32,000 nucleotides of DNA from Alkalilimnicola ehrlichii MLHE-1 (GTDB lineage Bacteria; Pseudomonadota; Gammaproteobacteria; Nitrococcales; Halorhodospiraceae): NCBI RefSeq assembly GCF_000014785.1, contig NC_008340.1, positions 1,950,001-1,982,000 of the forward strand. Direction: 5' to 3'. Made by a program: the position numbers and the translations under genes. Below the pieces are notes generated by a model. The model was not told the origin of the DNA, did no database searches, and saw only the letters and a program-made list of their open reading frames with translations. Shown here piece by piece: positions 17,201-26,019 of the stretch. Positions within the stretch are counted from its first letter, which is position 1. The number at the start of each line of letters is the position of its first letter.

Positions 17201-17320
17201 GGCGGCACTCTTAAAACGGACGTTCGTCCCGGCAGTGTAGCGGTTGTTCGACTACATTGGGTGGTGTTGCCAGGCCGGGCCGGACCCACCGGCCGGCGCA
17301 TTTCTAGGAGCTTTCCCCGC

Positions 17321-18619
17321 ATGACCCAGCACATCTTCGTAATCGGGCTGGACGACTTCAACCTCGCTGAACTGCAGACCGTCCGCAACGCCGGGGAGTA
17401 CACCTTCCACGGCCTGGTGGACTACGACACCATGGTGTTGCCCGAGTCCTACCCGATGCCGGAGATCATGGCCGAGGCCCGCCGGACCCTCGCGGATGCC
17501 CCCGCGGTGGACGGCATCATCGGCCACTGGGACTTTCCCACCACCTCCATGCTGCCCATCCTGCGCCGGGAGCACGGCCTACCCACACCCACCCTGGAGA
17601 GCGTGCTCTACTGTGAGAGCAAGTACTGGAATCGACTCGCCTGCGAGCAGGCGGTGCCCGAGTGCACGCCCGACTTCCAGGGGCTGGACCCGTACAGCGA
17701 CGACCCGCTGGCCGACCTGGACGTGGCCTACCCCTTCTGGCTCAAGCCCACCGTGGCCTTCTCCTCCTACCTGGGCTTCCGCATTGAGAACGAGCAGCAG
17801 TACCTGGACGCCATGGCCACCATTCGCGAGCACATTCACGTGTTCGCCGAACCGTTCGACTACATCGTCGAGCAGTGCCAGAACCGCGCCGCCCTGCCCG
17901 ACCGCGGCAGCGGCGCCACCTGCATCGCCGAGGGGCTGATCGGTGGTCGGCTCTGCACCCTGGAGGGGTACGTGCACAACGGCGAGGTGGTGGTGTATGC
18001 GGTGGTGGACTCGCTGCGGGCCGCCAATAACGTGAGCTTTTTCAGCTACCAGTACCCCTCCCAGCTCCCCGCCGGGGTCCGCAACCGCATGATCGGACAC
18101 GCGGAAAAGCTCCTTCACCACATCGGGTTGGACCACACGCCGTTCAACATGGAGTTCTTCTGGGATGAGGCCATCGACAAGATCTGGCTGCTGGAGATCA
18201 ACGCGCGGATCTCCAAGTCCCACTGCCCGATCTTCCAGATCGCCACCGGGGCCTCCCACCACGAGGTGGCCATCGACATCGCCCTGGGCCGGCGGCCGGA
18301 CTTCCCCCGTCCGGAGGGCCGTTTCCCCATGGCGGGCAAGTTCATGCCCCGCGTGTTCGCCGACACAGTGGTGACCCGGGTGCCCTCCGAGGAGGAGATC
18401 CAGGCGCTCAAGCGGGTCCATCCGGAACTGATCGTCCACATCGCCATAGAGGAAGGGATGCGGTTGTCGGAACTGCGCGCCCAGGACAGCTACAGCTTTG
18501 AGATCGGCGATGTCTTCCTGGGGGCGGCGGACGAAGCCGAATTGCACCAGAAGTTCCGCCACATCATGCAGGCCCTGGACTTCCAGTTCGCTGACGTGGT
18601 GCCGACCAACTACAGCTGA
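17321..18619 (+). CDS. ATP-grasp domain protein (carboxylate-amine/peptide ligase, specificity unknown)
   Basis: ATG at 17321 lies 10 nt after TAGGAG. The protein is 432 aa with the ATP-grasp C-terminal core (LLEINARISKSH) and a pre-ATP-grasp N-domain. The first 182 codons of track ORF 16775..18619 are antisense to aidB and not coding. Confidence 0.75.
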   Translation: MTQHIFVIGLDDFNLAELQTVRNAGEYTFHGLVDYDTMVLPESYPMPEIMAEARRTLADAPAVDGIIGHWDFPTTSMLPILRREHGLPTPTLESVLYCESKYWNRLACEQAVPECTPDFQGLDPYSDDPLADLDVAYPFWLKPTVAFSSYLGFRIENEQQYLDAMATIREHIHVFAEPFDYIVEQCQNRAALPDRGSGATCIAEGLIGGRLCTLEGYVHNGEVVVYAVVDSLRAANNVSFFSYQYPSQLPAGVRNRMIGHAEKLLHHIGLDHTPFNMEFFWDEAIDKIWLLEINARISKSHCPIFQIATGASHHEVAIDIALGRRPDFPRPEGRFPMAGKFMPRVFADTVVTRVPSEEEIQALKRVHPELIVHIAIEEGMRLSELRAQDSYSFEIGDVFLGAADEAELHQKFRHIMQALDFQFADVVPTNYS

Positions 18620-18653
18620 ACCGCTACGCCAGCCCGGCCGGCTGCGCCACGGT

Positions 18654-19259
18654 TCATGCGCCGCGCCCCGCCCCCCTCCGGTGCCGGGACGTGGCCAGTT
18701 GCAGGCGGTACTCCCGTTCGAGCAGGGACAGGATGTGCATGGAATAACGCCGCTCCCCCTCCGCGGCGCACTCCCGGGCCGTCCCCTCCATCACGAAACC
18801 CAACCCGAGGTAGAGGCGCAGGGCCCGCTTGTTGTGCTCGGCGACGTAGAGCCAGAGCCGGTGGAAACCGAGGACCTCAAAGCAGTAGCGCATCACCAGG
18901 ATCAGCGCCGCCCGTCCGCGGCCACCGCCCTTGCGGGCCATCGCAATACGGCGCAGCAACAGATTGCCGTCCGGGTCATCGGCATCCTGCAGCACCAGAT
19001 AGCCCACCGGCACCCCGGCCTCCTCGACGATGGCGTGCACCCAGCCTGGGCTGTCGATGCAGGCCCTATGCCGGGCCGCCGGCCACTGCCCCACATGCCG
19101 GGCATTGTCCGGGTCCCGTTCCACCGCCAGCACGAAGGCGCAGTCCTCCGGCCGGGTCGGGCGCAGAGTCAACCGGCCGCGACTCAGCCGGGGTGCCGGT
19201 AACGGACCGGTTTCAGTTCCGGTGGACGGGGTGTCATCTACACTCATGCTAGCGAGCAT
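18654..19259 (-). CDS. GNAT family N-acetyltransferase (RimJ/RimL-like)
   Basis: It has the acetyl-CoA binding motif RKGGGRGRAAL and the RimJ/L-like FHRLWLYVAEHNKRALRLYLGLGF. ATG at 19259, with an alternative ATG at 19247. Confidence 0.8.
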   Translation of the reverse strand: MLASMSVDDTPSTGTETGPLPAPRLSRGRLTLRPTRPEDCAFVLAVERDPDNARHVGQWPAARHRACIDSPGWVHAIVEEAGVPVGYLVLQDADDPDGNLLLRRIAMARKGGGRGRAALILVMRYCFEVLGFHRLWLYVAEHNKRALRLYLGLGFVMEGTARECAAEGERRYSMHILSLLEREYRLQLATSRHRRGAGRGA

Positions 19260-19306
19260 AGCACCCCATTATCCGGCCCCCGCGGCCGACACAGAGGAAC
19301 CGTCGT

Positions 19307-20608
19307 ATGGTCAGACGCACTTCCTTCGTCGATCCTGACAAGATCCGCGAGCGCCTGGTCTCCCTGATCCGCATCCCCTCCATCACCGGTGAGGAGGATG
19401 CCGCCGTCGCCCAGATCGCCAACTGGCTGCAACAGCAGGACGTGGAGATCGACTACTGGAACGACGGCATCGCCGCCCTGCAGCGCGATCCGCGCTACCC
19501 CGGCCACGAGGTGGAGCGGGTCTGGGCCCCGGTGGTGGTGGGCGTGCTGCGTGGCGAACAGCCCGGCCCCTCGGTGCTGCTCACCGGCCACGTGGACGTG
19601 GTGCCGCCCGGCGATTACAGCCACTGGCAGGACGAGCCCTTCTCCGGCATGACCCGCGGTGACCGCATCTACGGCTGTGGGGCATCGGACATGAAATCGG
19701 GCCTGGTCGCCGCCATGGCCGCCTTCGAGGCCTTCGCGGAGAGCGGCCGCAACTTCCCCGGCCGCATCATCTTCGCCGCCGTCCCCGCCGAGGAGGACAG
19801 CGGGCTGGGCACCCTGGCGGCTATCCGCGGCGGCTGGGACGCGGACGTGGCCATCATCCCCGAGCCCACGGTCCAGGACGGCATCCCGGAACTGCTGATC
19901 GCCCACGCCGGCGCCATGTCACTGCGCATCCAGGTGCCGGGCAAGGCGGCCCACGCCAGCAAGCGGCTGCAGGGCGAGAGCGCCCTGGACCACTTCATCA
20001 CCCTTTACGAGGCCATGCGCGCCGACGAGAAGGCGGTCAACGAGGCGGAAACCCACCCGTTGATGAAGGTCCACCCCCTGCCCTATGCCACCAACGTGGG
20101 CACCCTCCACGGCGGGCTGTGGTCCTCCAGCGTGATGGACTCGCTGGAGGCGCAGGTGCGGGTCGGGGTCCCCCTGGGTGAGACCATTGACCAGGCCGAG
20201 GCGCGCTTTCGCCGTGCCATCGACGAGGCCATCCGGGACGACCCCTGGCTGAGCCGCAACCCACCCCGCATCTCCCGACTGGCCTCGGGCTTTGGTTCGG
20301 CGGCCACCCCCGAGGACCATCCACTGGTCCAGGCGCTGGCCGAGTCCGCCGAGGACGAGTACCGGCGCAGCCCCACCATCAGCGCCGCCCCCTACGGCTG
20401 CGACATGTCCGGTTGGGTCCGCCACGCCCAGGTGCCCACAGTGATCTACGGGCCCGGCGAGATCGAACTGGCCCATGCCCCCAACGAATCGGTCTCACTG
20501 GAGACCACCTACAAGGTGGCCCGCACCCTGGTGCGCACCACCGAGCGGCTGCTGGAATGCGACTTGGACAGCCTGCGCGCCGCTCGGCCACAGAAGGCGC
20601 CGGGCTGA
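19307..20608 (+). CDS. M20 family metallopeptidase/deacylase (ArgE/DapE/ACY1/CPG2 group)
   Basis: ATG at 19307 follows AGAGGAA. It carries the metal-binding motifs LLTGHVDVVPPGD and YGCGASDMKSG, plus AEEDSG. Confidence 0.85.
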   Translation: MVRRTSFVDPDKIRERLVSLIRIPSITGEEDAAVAQIANWLQQQDVEIDYWNDGIAALQRDPRYPGHEVERVWAPVVVGVLRGEQPGPSVLLTGHVDVVPPGDYSHWQDEPFSGMTRGDRIYGCGASDMKSGLVAAMAAFEAFAESGRNFPGRIIFAAVPAEEDSGLGTLAAIRGGWDADVAIIPEPTVQDGIPELLIAHAGAMSLRIQVPGKAAHASKRLQGESALDHFITLYEAMRADEKAVNEAETHPLMKVHPLPYATNVGTLHGGLWSSSVMDSLEAQVRVGVPLGETIDQAEARFRRAIDEAIRDDPWLSRNPPRISRLASGFGSAATPEDHPLVQALAESAEDEYRRSPTISAAPYGCDMSGWVRHAQVPTVIYGPGEIELAHAPNESVSLETTYKVARTLVRTTERLLECDLDSLRAARPQKAPG

Positions 20609-20629
20609 CCCGGCCAGTGAGGAACGGCC

Positions 20630-22663
20630 ATGCGGGTGATCGAATCTTTCGACGACGATGTCCGGGTGATCGAGAACGTCTGGATCCCCATGTCCGACGG
20701 CGTGCGCTTGGCCGCGCGGGTCTGGCTGCCGGTGGGCTCCGCCGACCACCCGGTGCCGGCGGTGCTGGAGTACATGCCCTACCGCAAGCGCGACTTCACA
20801 CGCCTGCGTGACGAACCGCTGCACCACTACTTCGCCGGCCACGGCTACGCCGCCATCCGCCTGGACGTGCGCGGCACCGGCGACTCCGAGGGCATCCTGC
20901 GCGATGAGTACCTGGCCCAGGAGCAGGACGACGCCGAGGAGGCCATCGCCTGGATCGCCGAACAGTCCTGGTGCAACGGCCGGGTGGGCATGATCGGCCT
21001 GTCCTGGGCCGGCTTCAACGCCCTGCAGGTGGCGGCCCGCCAGCCGCCGGCGCTGAAGGCCATCATCACCATGTGCTCCACCGACGACCGCTATGCCGAC
21101 GATGCCCACTACAAGGGCGGCTGTCTGCTCAACGAGAACCTGACCTGGGGCGCGGCCTTCTTCTCGCTCAACGCCTGCCCCCCCGACCCGGAGATCGCCG
21201 GTGAGCCCTGGCGCGAGCAATGGCTGGAACGGCTGGCACACAACCGCCTCTTCCCCGCCCTGTGGATGCGTCACCCCCACCGGGATGATTACTGGAAGCA
21301 GGGCTCGGTGTGCGAGGACTATTCGGCCATCCAGTGCGCGGTCTACGCCGTGGGCGGCTGGGCGGACGGCTACGTCAACGCCATCCCACGCCTGATGGCC
21401 GGCCTACAGGCGCCGCGCAAGGCGCTGATCGGCCCCTGGCCCCACGCCTTTCCCCACGCCGCCGAGCCGGGGCCGCGCATCGGCTTCTTCCAGGAAGCGG
21501 TGCGCTGGTGGGACTATTGGCTGAAGGAGGAAGAGAACGGCATCATGGACGAGCCGCTGATCCGTGCCTGGATGGAGGACTGGATCGCCCCGGCGCCCCG
21601 CCACGACGAGCGCCCCGGCCGCTGGGTGGCGGAAACCGAGTGGCCCTCGCCGCGCATCACCCCGCGCACCTGGCACCTCAACGTGCTCTCGCTGGGCGAT
21701 CACCCGGACCCGGAGGATCGCATGCGCCTGCGCTCACCGCAGACCACCGGGCTGCGCGCCGGCGATTTCTACGGCTTCGGCGCCGAGGGCGACGCCCCCA
21801 TGGACCAGCGCACCGACGACGGCAAGTCGCTGGTCTTCGACTCCGACCCGCTCAGCGAGCCGGTGGAGATGCTCGGCACGCCGGTCGTCACCCTGGAATT
21901 GGCCTGCGACACGCCACTGGCCCACGTGATTGTTCGCCTGAACGACGTGGCGCCGGACGGGGCCTCCGGCCGGGTCAGCTATGGGGTGCTCAACCTGGCG
22001 CACCGGGACAGCCATGAGCGCCCCGCCCCGCTGGTGCCGGGGCAACGCTACCGGATCACCGTACGACTGAACGACATGGCCTACCGCTTCGCCCCCGGGC
22101 ACACCATCCGGCTGGCGATCTCCAGCGCCTATTGGCCGATCATCTGGCCGGCACCGGAACGGTCGGAGATCACCCTGATCACCGGGGCGAGCACGCTGGC
22201 GCTGCCCCTGCGACCGCCGCGACCGGAGGATGACCAGCTACCGGCCTTCGGGCCGCCGGAGCGCTGCCCCATCCCGACCCACACCATCCTCGAGACCGCC
22301 GAGCCGGAGCGCAGTATCGCCGTGGACCTGACCAACGACGAGACCACCTATACCGCCTTCGGGGACGCCGGTGACGTGGGTGGCGCGGCCCTGGCCCGGA
22401 TCGAGGACATCGATCTCACCCTGGGCTCCACCATGCGTCGGGTGTTCCGTATCCAGGAGCAGGACCCGTTGTCCGCCGAGGCCGTCATCGAGCAGGAGAC
22501 CCGCTTCCAGCGCGGCGACTGGGCGGTGCGCATCGACGCCCGCATCCGCCTCACCGCCGATGCCGAGCATTTCTTCATCCAGGCGATCCTGGACGCCTAC
22601 GAGAACGGGGCCCGCGTAGCCAGCCGGGAGTGGAACGAGGCCATCCCCCGGCTGCTCCTGTAA
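20630..22663 (+). CDS. CocE/NonD family alpha/beta hydrolase (S15 X-Pro dipeptidyl-peptidase-like)
   Basis: ATG at 20630 follows GTGAGGAA, 21 nt after the M20 gene. It has the N-terminal pattern VWIPMSDGVRLAARVWLP...LEYMPYRKRD...DVRGTGDSEG, the nucleophile motif GLSWAG, and a large C-terminal beta-domain. Confidence 0.85.
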   Translation: MRVIESFDDDVRVIENVWIPMSDGVRLAARVWLPVGSADHPVPAVLEYMPYRKRDFTRLRDEPLHHYFAGHGYAAIRLDVRGTGDSEGILRDEYLAQEQDDAEEAIAWIAEQSWCNGRVGMIGLSWAGFNALQVAARQPPALKAIITMCSTDDRYADDAHYKGGCLLNENLTWGAAFFSLNACPPDPEIAGEPWREQWLERLAHNRLFPALWMRHPHRDDYWKQGSVCEDYSAIQCAVYAVGGWADGYVNAIPRLMAGLQAPRKALIGPWPHAFPHAAEPGPRIGFFQEAVRWWDYWLKEEENGIMDEPLIRAWMEDWIAPAPRHDERPGRWVAETEWPSPRITPRTWHLNVLSLGDHPDPEDRMRLRSPQTTGLRAGDFYGFGAEGDAPMDQRTDDGKSLVFDSDPLSEPVEMLGTPVVTLELACDTPLAHVIVRLNDVAPDGASGRVSYGVLNLAHRDSHERPAPLVPGQRYRITVRLNDMAYRFAPGHTIRLAISSAYWPIIWPAPERSEITLITGASTLALPLRPPRPEDDQLPAFGPPERCPIPTHTILETAEPERSIAVDLTNDETTYTAFGDAGDVGGAALARIEDIDLTLGSTMRRVFRIQEQDPLSAEAVIEQETRFQRGDWAVRIDARIRLTADAEHFFIQAILDAYENGARVASREWNEAIPRLLL

Positions 22664-22702
22664 TGCGTCAGACCTTGCCGGCTGTCCCCGGCCGGAACGA
22701 TG

Positions 22703-23734
22703 TCAGATCCCGTAGCGGCGGCGGGCCGTGTCCAGCAACAGCGCCAGCAGGTCCGCGTACTCATAGCCGGCCCAACCGGCCATGATCGCCATCTTGCCGT
22801 CGTAGCTCCAGGTGGGGTTGAAGTTGGCGTCCAGTAGCCGGGGCACGCCGTCGACCCCGCACCGGTAGTCGAAGCGGGCGTAATCCCGAAAGCCCAGGCG
22901 CTCGAACAGGAAGACACTGTGCTCCACCATCGCGGCCTGGTGCTCCGGTGCCAATTCGGCGGGCTTGAAGCGCAGGCTCTGCCAGTAGGCGGAGTTCGGG
23001 TCCACCTTGGAACCGTAGGAGAGAATGGGCGGCAGGTCGGCCGGCAGCCGCGAGTAGTCGATCTCCAGCAACGGCAGCACGGTGAAGCCGGTCTCCGGAT
23101 TGCCTACCAGTCCCAGGGTGTACTCGGCACCGGTGAGAAAGTCCTGGATCAAGGCCTGCGGGCGTTCCGGCTCCAGCGCCAGCTGCTCCAGGCAGGCCCG
23201 CGCCTGCTGGGCGTCATGGACCACCGAGTCGGGGGTCACCCCCTGGCTGCCGCAACCGGCATTGGGCTTGATCAGCGCCGGGTAGAGCTCGGGCAACACC
23301 ATGGGGTCCGCGGTAAGATCGACGAAGGTCTCATTGGGCACCGGGATGCCGTGGCTGGCTGCCAGCAGCCGCACCAGCGCCTTGTCGCCGCAGATGCTCA
23401 TGCAGGCCGGCGTGGCACCGGTGTAAGGGATCTCCAGCAGCTCCAATAGGGCCGGTACGTTCTGCTCGTGGCGCAGCTGGTTGCGGTAGCCGGTGTCACA
23501 AAAGTTAAGCGCCAGATCGGGCGGGGCCTCCCGCAGCCGGTCGAACAGCCGGTCGTGGTCATCCAGCACCTCAACCCGATAGCCACCCAGCGTCTCCAGC
23601 GCCACCCGGGCCTGGCGTACCGCCTCCACCTCCGACTCCCCAAAGCGCCCGTCCACACCGTAGTCGTAGGGCAGGCGCGGGTCCCCGGCCAGCACGGCAA
23701 GGTGGACAGGCTGCGATTCAGCGGCTGTAATCAT
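22703..23734 (-). CDS. D-alanine--D-alanine ligase-like ATP-grasp enzyme (paralogue outside the mur/fts cluster)
   Basis: ATG at 23734 (MITAAESQPVHLAVLAGDP...). It has the Ddl-type N-domain followed by an ATP-grasp core (CGDKALVRLLAASHGIPVP...LIKPNAGCGSQGV...LLDANFNP). No strong Shine-Dalgarno is present. An in-frame GTG at 23812 is an alternative start. The remaining track extension up to 23971 overlaps the upstream gene. Confidence 0.75.
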   Translation of the reverse strand: MITAAESQPVHLAVLAGDPRLPYDYGVDGRFGESEVEAVRQARVALETLGGYRVEVLDDHDRLFDRLREAPPDLALNFCDTGYRNQLRHEQNVPALLELLEIPYTGATPACMSICGDKALVRLLAASHGIPVPNETFVDLTADPMVLPELYPALIKPNAGCGSQGVTPDSVVHDAQQARACLEQLALEPERPQALIQDFLTGAEYTLGLVGNPETGFTVLPLLEIDYSRLPADLPPILSYGSKVDPNSAYWQSLRFKPAELAPEHQAAMVEHSVFLFERLGFRDYARFDYRCGVDGVPRLLDANFNPTWSYDGKMAIMAGWAGYEYADLLALLLDTARRRYGI

Positions 23735-23825
23735 GGATGGCGTAACACCCTGGTTGCAAGGAGGGGACCGGGGCCCTAACTGCCCCCCGGGGTGAGAACG
23801 GGCCAGGGCCACGGGGGGCGCCCTT

Positions 23826-25019
23826 CTACACATGCTGCCCCGCCGCATGCCCCGACGCCCAGGCCCACTGAAAGTTATGACCACCCAGGTGGCCCGTGAC
23901 ATCCACCACCTCACCGATGAAGTAGAGCCCCGGGTGATCACGACAGGCCATGGTCTTGGAAGATAGCGCATGGGTGTCGACCCCGCCCAGGGTCACCTCG
24001 GCGGTACGGTACCCTTCGGTGCCATCGGGCCAGACCGTCCAGGGCTGGCAGGCCTGCTGGATCCGGCGTATGTCCTCGCCGGTCAACTGCTCCAGGCGCC
24101 TGTCCGGCAGCCAGAGTTCACACCAGCGCTGGGCCACACGGCGGGTGAGTTGCTCGCCCAGCAGCTTCTTCAGGGTCAGACGCGGGCGCTCCCGGCGCAT
24201 CGCCTCCAGGTGCCCGGCCAGATCCGTGTCGGGAAACAGGTCGATCTCCAGCGGCTCGCCGGGCTGCCAGTAGGACGAGGCCTGGAGGATCGCCGGCCCA
24301 CTGAGCCCACGGTGGGTGAACAGGATATTCTCGCGGAAGGCGGCCCCGCCGGCGCGGGTGACGCTGTCCAGGGCCACCCCGGCCAGGTCCTGCAGCTGGC
24401 GCCGCTTGCGCCCCTCCAGGGTCACCGGCACCAGCGCCGCACGGGTGGGCCGTACCGGAATCCCCAGCGACCGCGCCAGGTCGAAGCCGAAGCCGGTGGC
24501 ACCCATCTTCGGAATCGAGTAGCCGCCGGTGGCAATCACCAGCGATGAACACGTCACCGGGCCCTGCGGAGTGGACAGCCAGTGCGGTGCCCCCAGCCGC
24601 AGGTCGCTGACCGGCGAGCGGGTACGGATCGCCACCCCCACCGCCCGGCACTCCGCCAGCAGCATGCCGACGATATCCTTGGAGGAGCGGTCGCAGAAGA
24701 GCTGGCCCAGCTTCTTTTCGTGGTAGGGGATGCCGTGCTGTTCCACCAAGGCGATGAAGTGCCAGGGGGTGTAGCGACTGAGGGCCGATTTGACGAAGTG
24801 CGGGTTGGCCGACAGAAAGTGCTCGGGCCCGCAGTGGATGTTGGTGAAATTGCACCGCCCACCGCCGGACATCAGGATCTTCTTGCCCACCTTGTTGGCA
24901 TGGTCCAGCACCAGCACCCGGCGGCCACGCCCGCCGGCGGTGAGCGCGCACATCAGCCCGGCGGCGCCGGCGCCGATCACGATGACATCGTAATGCGGGT
25001 ATGGGGAGCGAGAGGCCAT
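23826..25019 (-). CDS. HI0933/YhiN (BaiN/RdsA) family NAD(P)/FAD-dependent oxidoreductase
   Basis: ATG at 25019. It carries YDVIVIGAGAAGLMCA...GKKILMSGGGRCNFTN and the C-terminal FIGEVVDVTGHLGGHNFQWAWASG, the signature of this flavoprotein family. Confidence 0.85.
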   Translation of the reverse strand: MASRSPYPHYDVIVIGAGAAGLMCALTAGGRGRRVLVLDHANKVGKKILMSGGGRCNFTNIHCGPEHFLSANPHFVKSALSRYTPWHFIALVEQHGIPYHEKKLGQLFCDRSSKDIVGMLLAECRAVGVAIRTRSPVSDLRLGAPHWLSTPQGPVTCSSLVIATGGYSIPKMGATGFGFDLARSLGIPVRPTRAALVPVTLEGRKRRQLQDLAGVALDSVTRAGGAAFRENILFTHRGLSGPAILQASSYWQPGEPLEIDLFPDTDLAGHLEAMRRERPRLTLKKLLGEQLTRRVAQRWCELWLPDRRLEQLTGEDIRRIQQACQPWTVWPDGTEGYRTAEVTLGGVDTHALSSKTMACRDHPGLYFIGEVVDVTGHLGGHNFQWAWASGHAAGQHV

Positions 25020-25089
25020 GGGCGGGGATTCTACCCCCTTTGCCGGGCGGGACCGACCGGGCCGGGGTAACCCGGCCCCGGTAGCGGCC

Positions 25090-25902
25090 TCAGAGTCGCT
25101 CCGGATCCGGGTGCGACCAGCGCGGGATGGACTCCCGCCCGCAGGCCACCACCTCACCATCCTGCCACATGCGCCACTCCCCAGGCTGGTAGTCGTCCCA
25201 GCGCTCGTCGCTGGTCAGCGCCTCGGTGGCGATCACGCTGACCACATCGCGCGGGGTGGTCACCGCCTCAAAGTCCACGGTGACGTCAGCGTCCTTAAGG
25301 CGCGCGGGCCCGAAGGGCGCGCGCCGGGTGATGGCCACCATCCGGGTACTGCAGAAGGTGAACACCCAGCGGCCGTTGCTGAGCAGCAGGTTGAACACCC
25401 CCTGGCGGGCATACTCTGCCGAGGCCGCCACCACCGTGCGCAGCAGGTCGTCGTCCGCCACCTCCGGGGTGTACTCCGCCCGAATGCGGTTGAGCAGGTC
25501 ACAGAAGATGTGCTCGCTGTCGGTGTCTCCGACCGGCCGGTAGACCCCAGGCCGGGCCTTGAAGCCGTGCAGCTGCCCGTTGTGGGCGAAGGTCCAGTAC
25601 CGCCCCCAGAGTTCGCGGATGAAGGGGTGGGTGTTCTCCAGCCCGACGCAGCCGACGTTGGCCTGGCGGATGTGGCAAATGGCGGCGCGGCTCTTGATCG
25701 GCTGGGTCTGGACGATCTCGGCAATGCGCGAGTCGGCGCTGGGCTGGGGATCGTGGAACACCCGCACCCCGCGGCCCTCGTAGAAGGCCACCCCCCAACC
25801 GTCCTTGTGCGGCCCGGCGGCCCCGCCCCGGCGGGCCAGGCCGGTGAAGCTGAAGCAAAGATCCGTAGGGGTATTGGCGCTCATCGCCAGCAGTTCGCAC
25901 AT
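25090..25902 (-). CDS. Class II (Ntn, YafJ-type) glutamine amidotransferase domain protein
   Basis: ATG at 25902 gives the MCELLAMSAN... N-terminus, with the catalytic Cys directly after Met. It also has HKDGWGVAFYEG and HNGQL motifs. The upstream 302 codons of track ORF 25090..26808 are antisense to the M14 gene. Confidence 0.82.
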   Translation of the reverse strand: MCELLAMSANTPTDLCFSFTGLARRGGAAGPHKDGWGVAFYEGRGVRVFHDPQPSADSRIAEIVQTQPIKSRAAICHIRQANVGCVGLENTHPFIRELWGRYWTFAHNGQLHGFKARPGVYRPVGDTDSEHIFCDLLNRIRAEYTPEVADDDLLRTVVAASAEYARQGVFNLLLSNGRWVFTFCSTRMVAITRRAPFGPARLKDADVTVDFEAVTTPRDVVSVIATEALTSDERWDDYQPGEWRMWQDGEVVACGRESIPRWSHPDPERL

Positions 25903-26019
25903 GTCCGTTCCCGTCGTGAAAGACCTTGCTCTCGACGGCCTCAGTCTACCCCACCCCGTCGCTCCCTGGGCGTCTGGCCCATACTGGGAACACACGGCCA
26001 ACCGCTGTTGGAGACAGGC

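Noticed and set aside
17321-23734. A graspetide/microviridin-type RiPP locus (two ATP-grasp ligases plus GNAT), or a mycosporine-like amino acid locus (ATP-grasp plus Ddl-like ligase).
   Set aside because: No short precursor-peptide ORF with a start codon is present in the adjacent intergenic gaps (18620-18653, 19260-19306, 23735-23825). There is no ABC exporter or peptidase typical of RiPP loci. The dimethyl-4-deoxygadusol synthase and O-methyltransferase genes required for MAA synthesis are absent.
25018-26019. N-terminal extensions of track ORFs: 804..1625, 15427..15858, 16775..17320, 23735..23971, 25020..25160, 25018..26019, 25903..26808, 29630..29764 and 13993..14133.
   Set aside because: The extensions overlap neighbouring genes in another frame or strand and lack family similarity. 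Internal ATGs with Shine-Dalgarno sequences coincide with the N-termini expected for each family.
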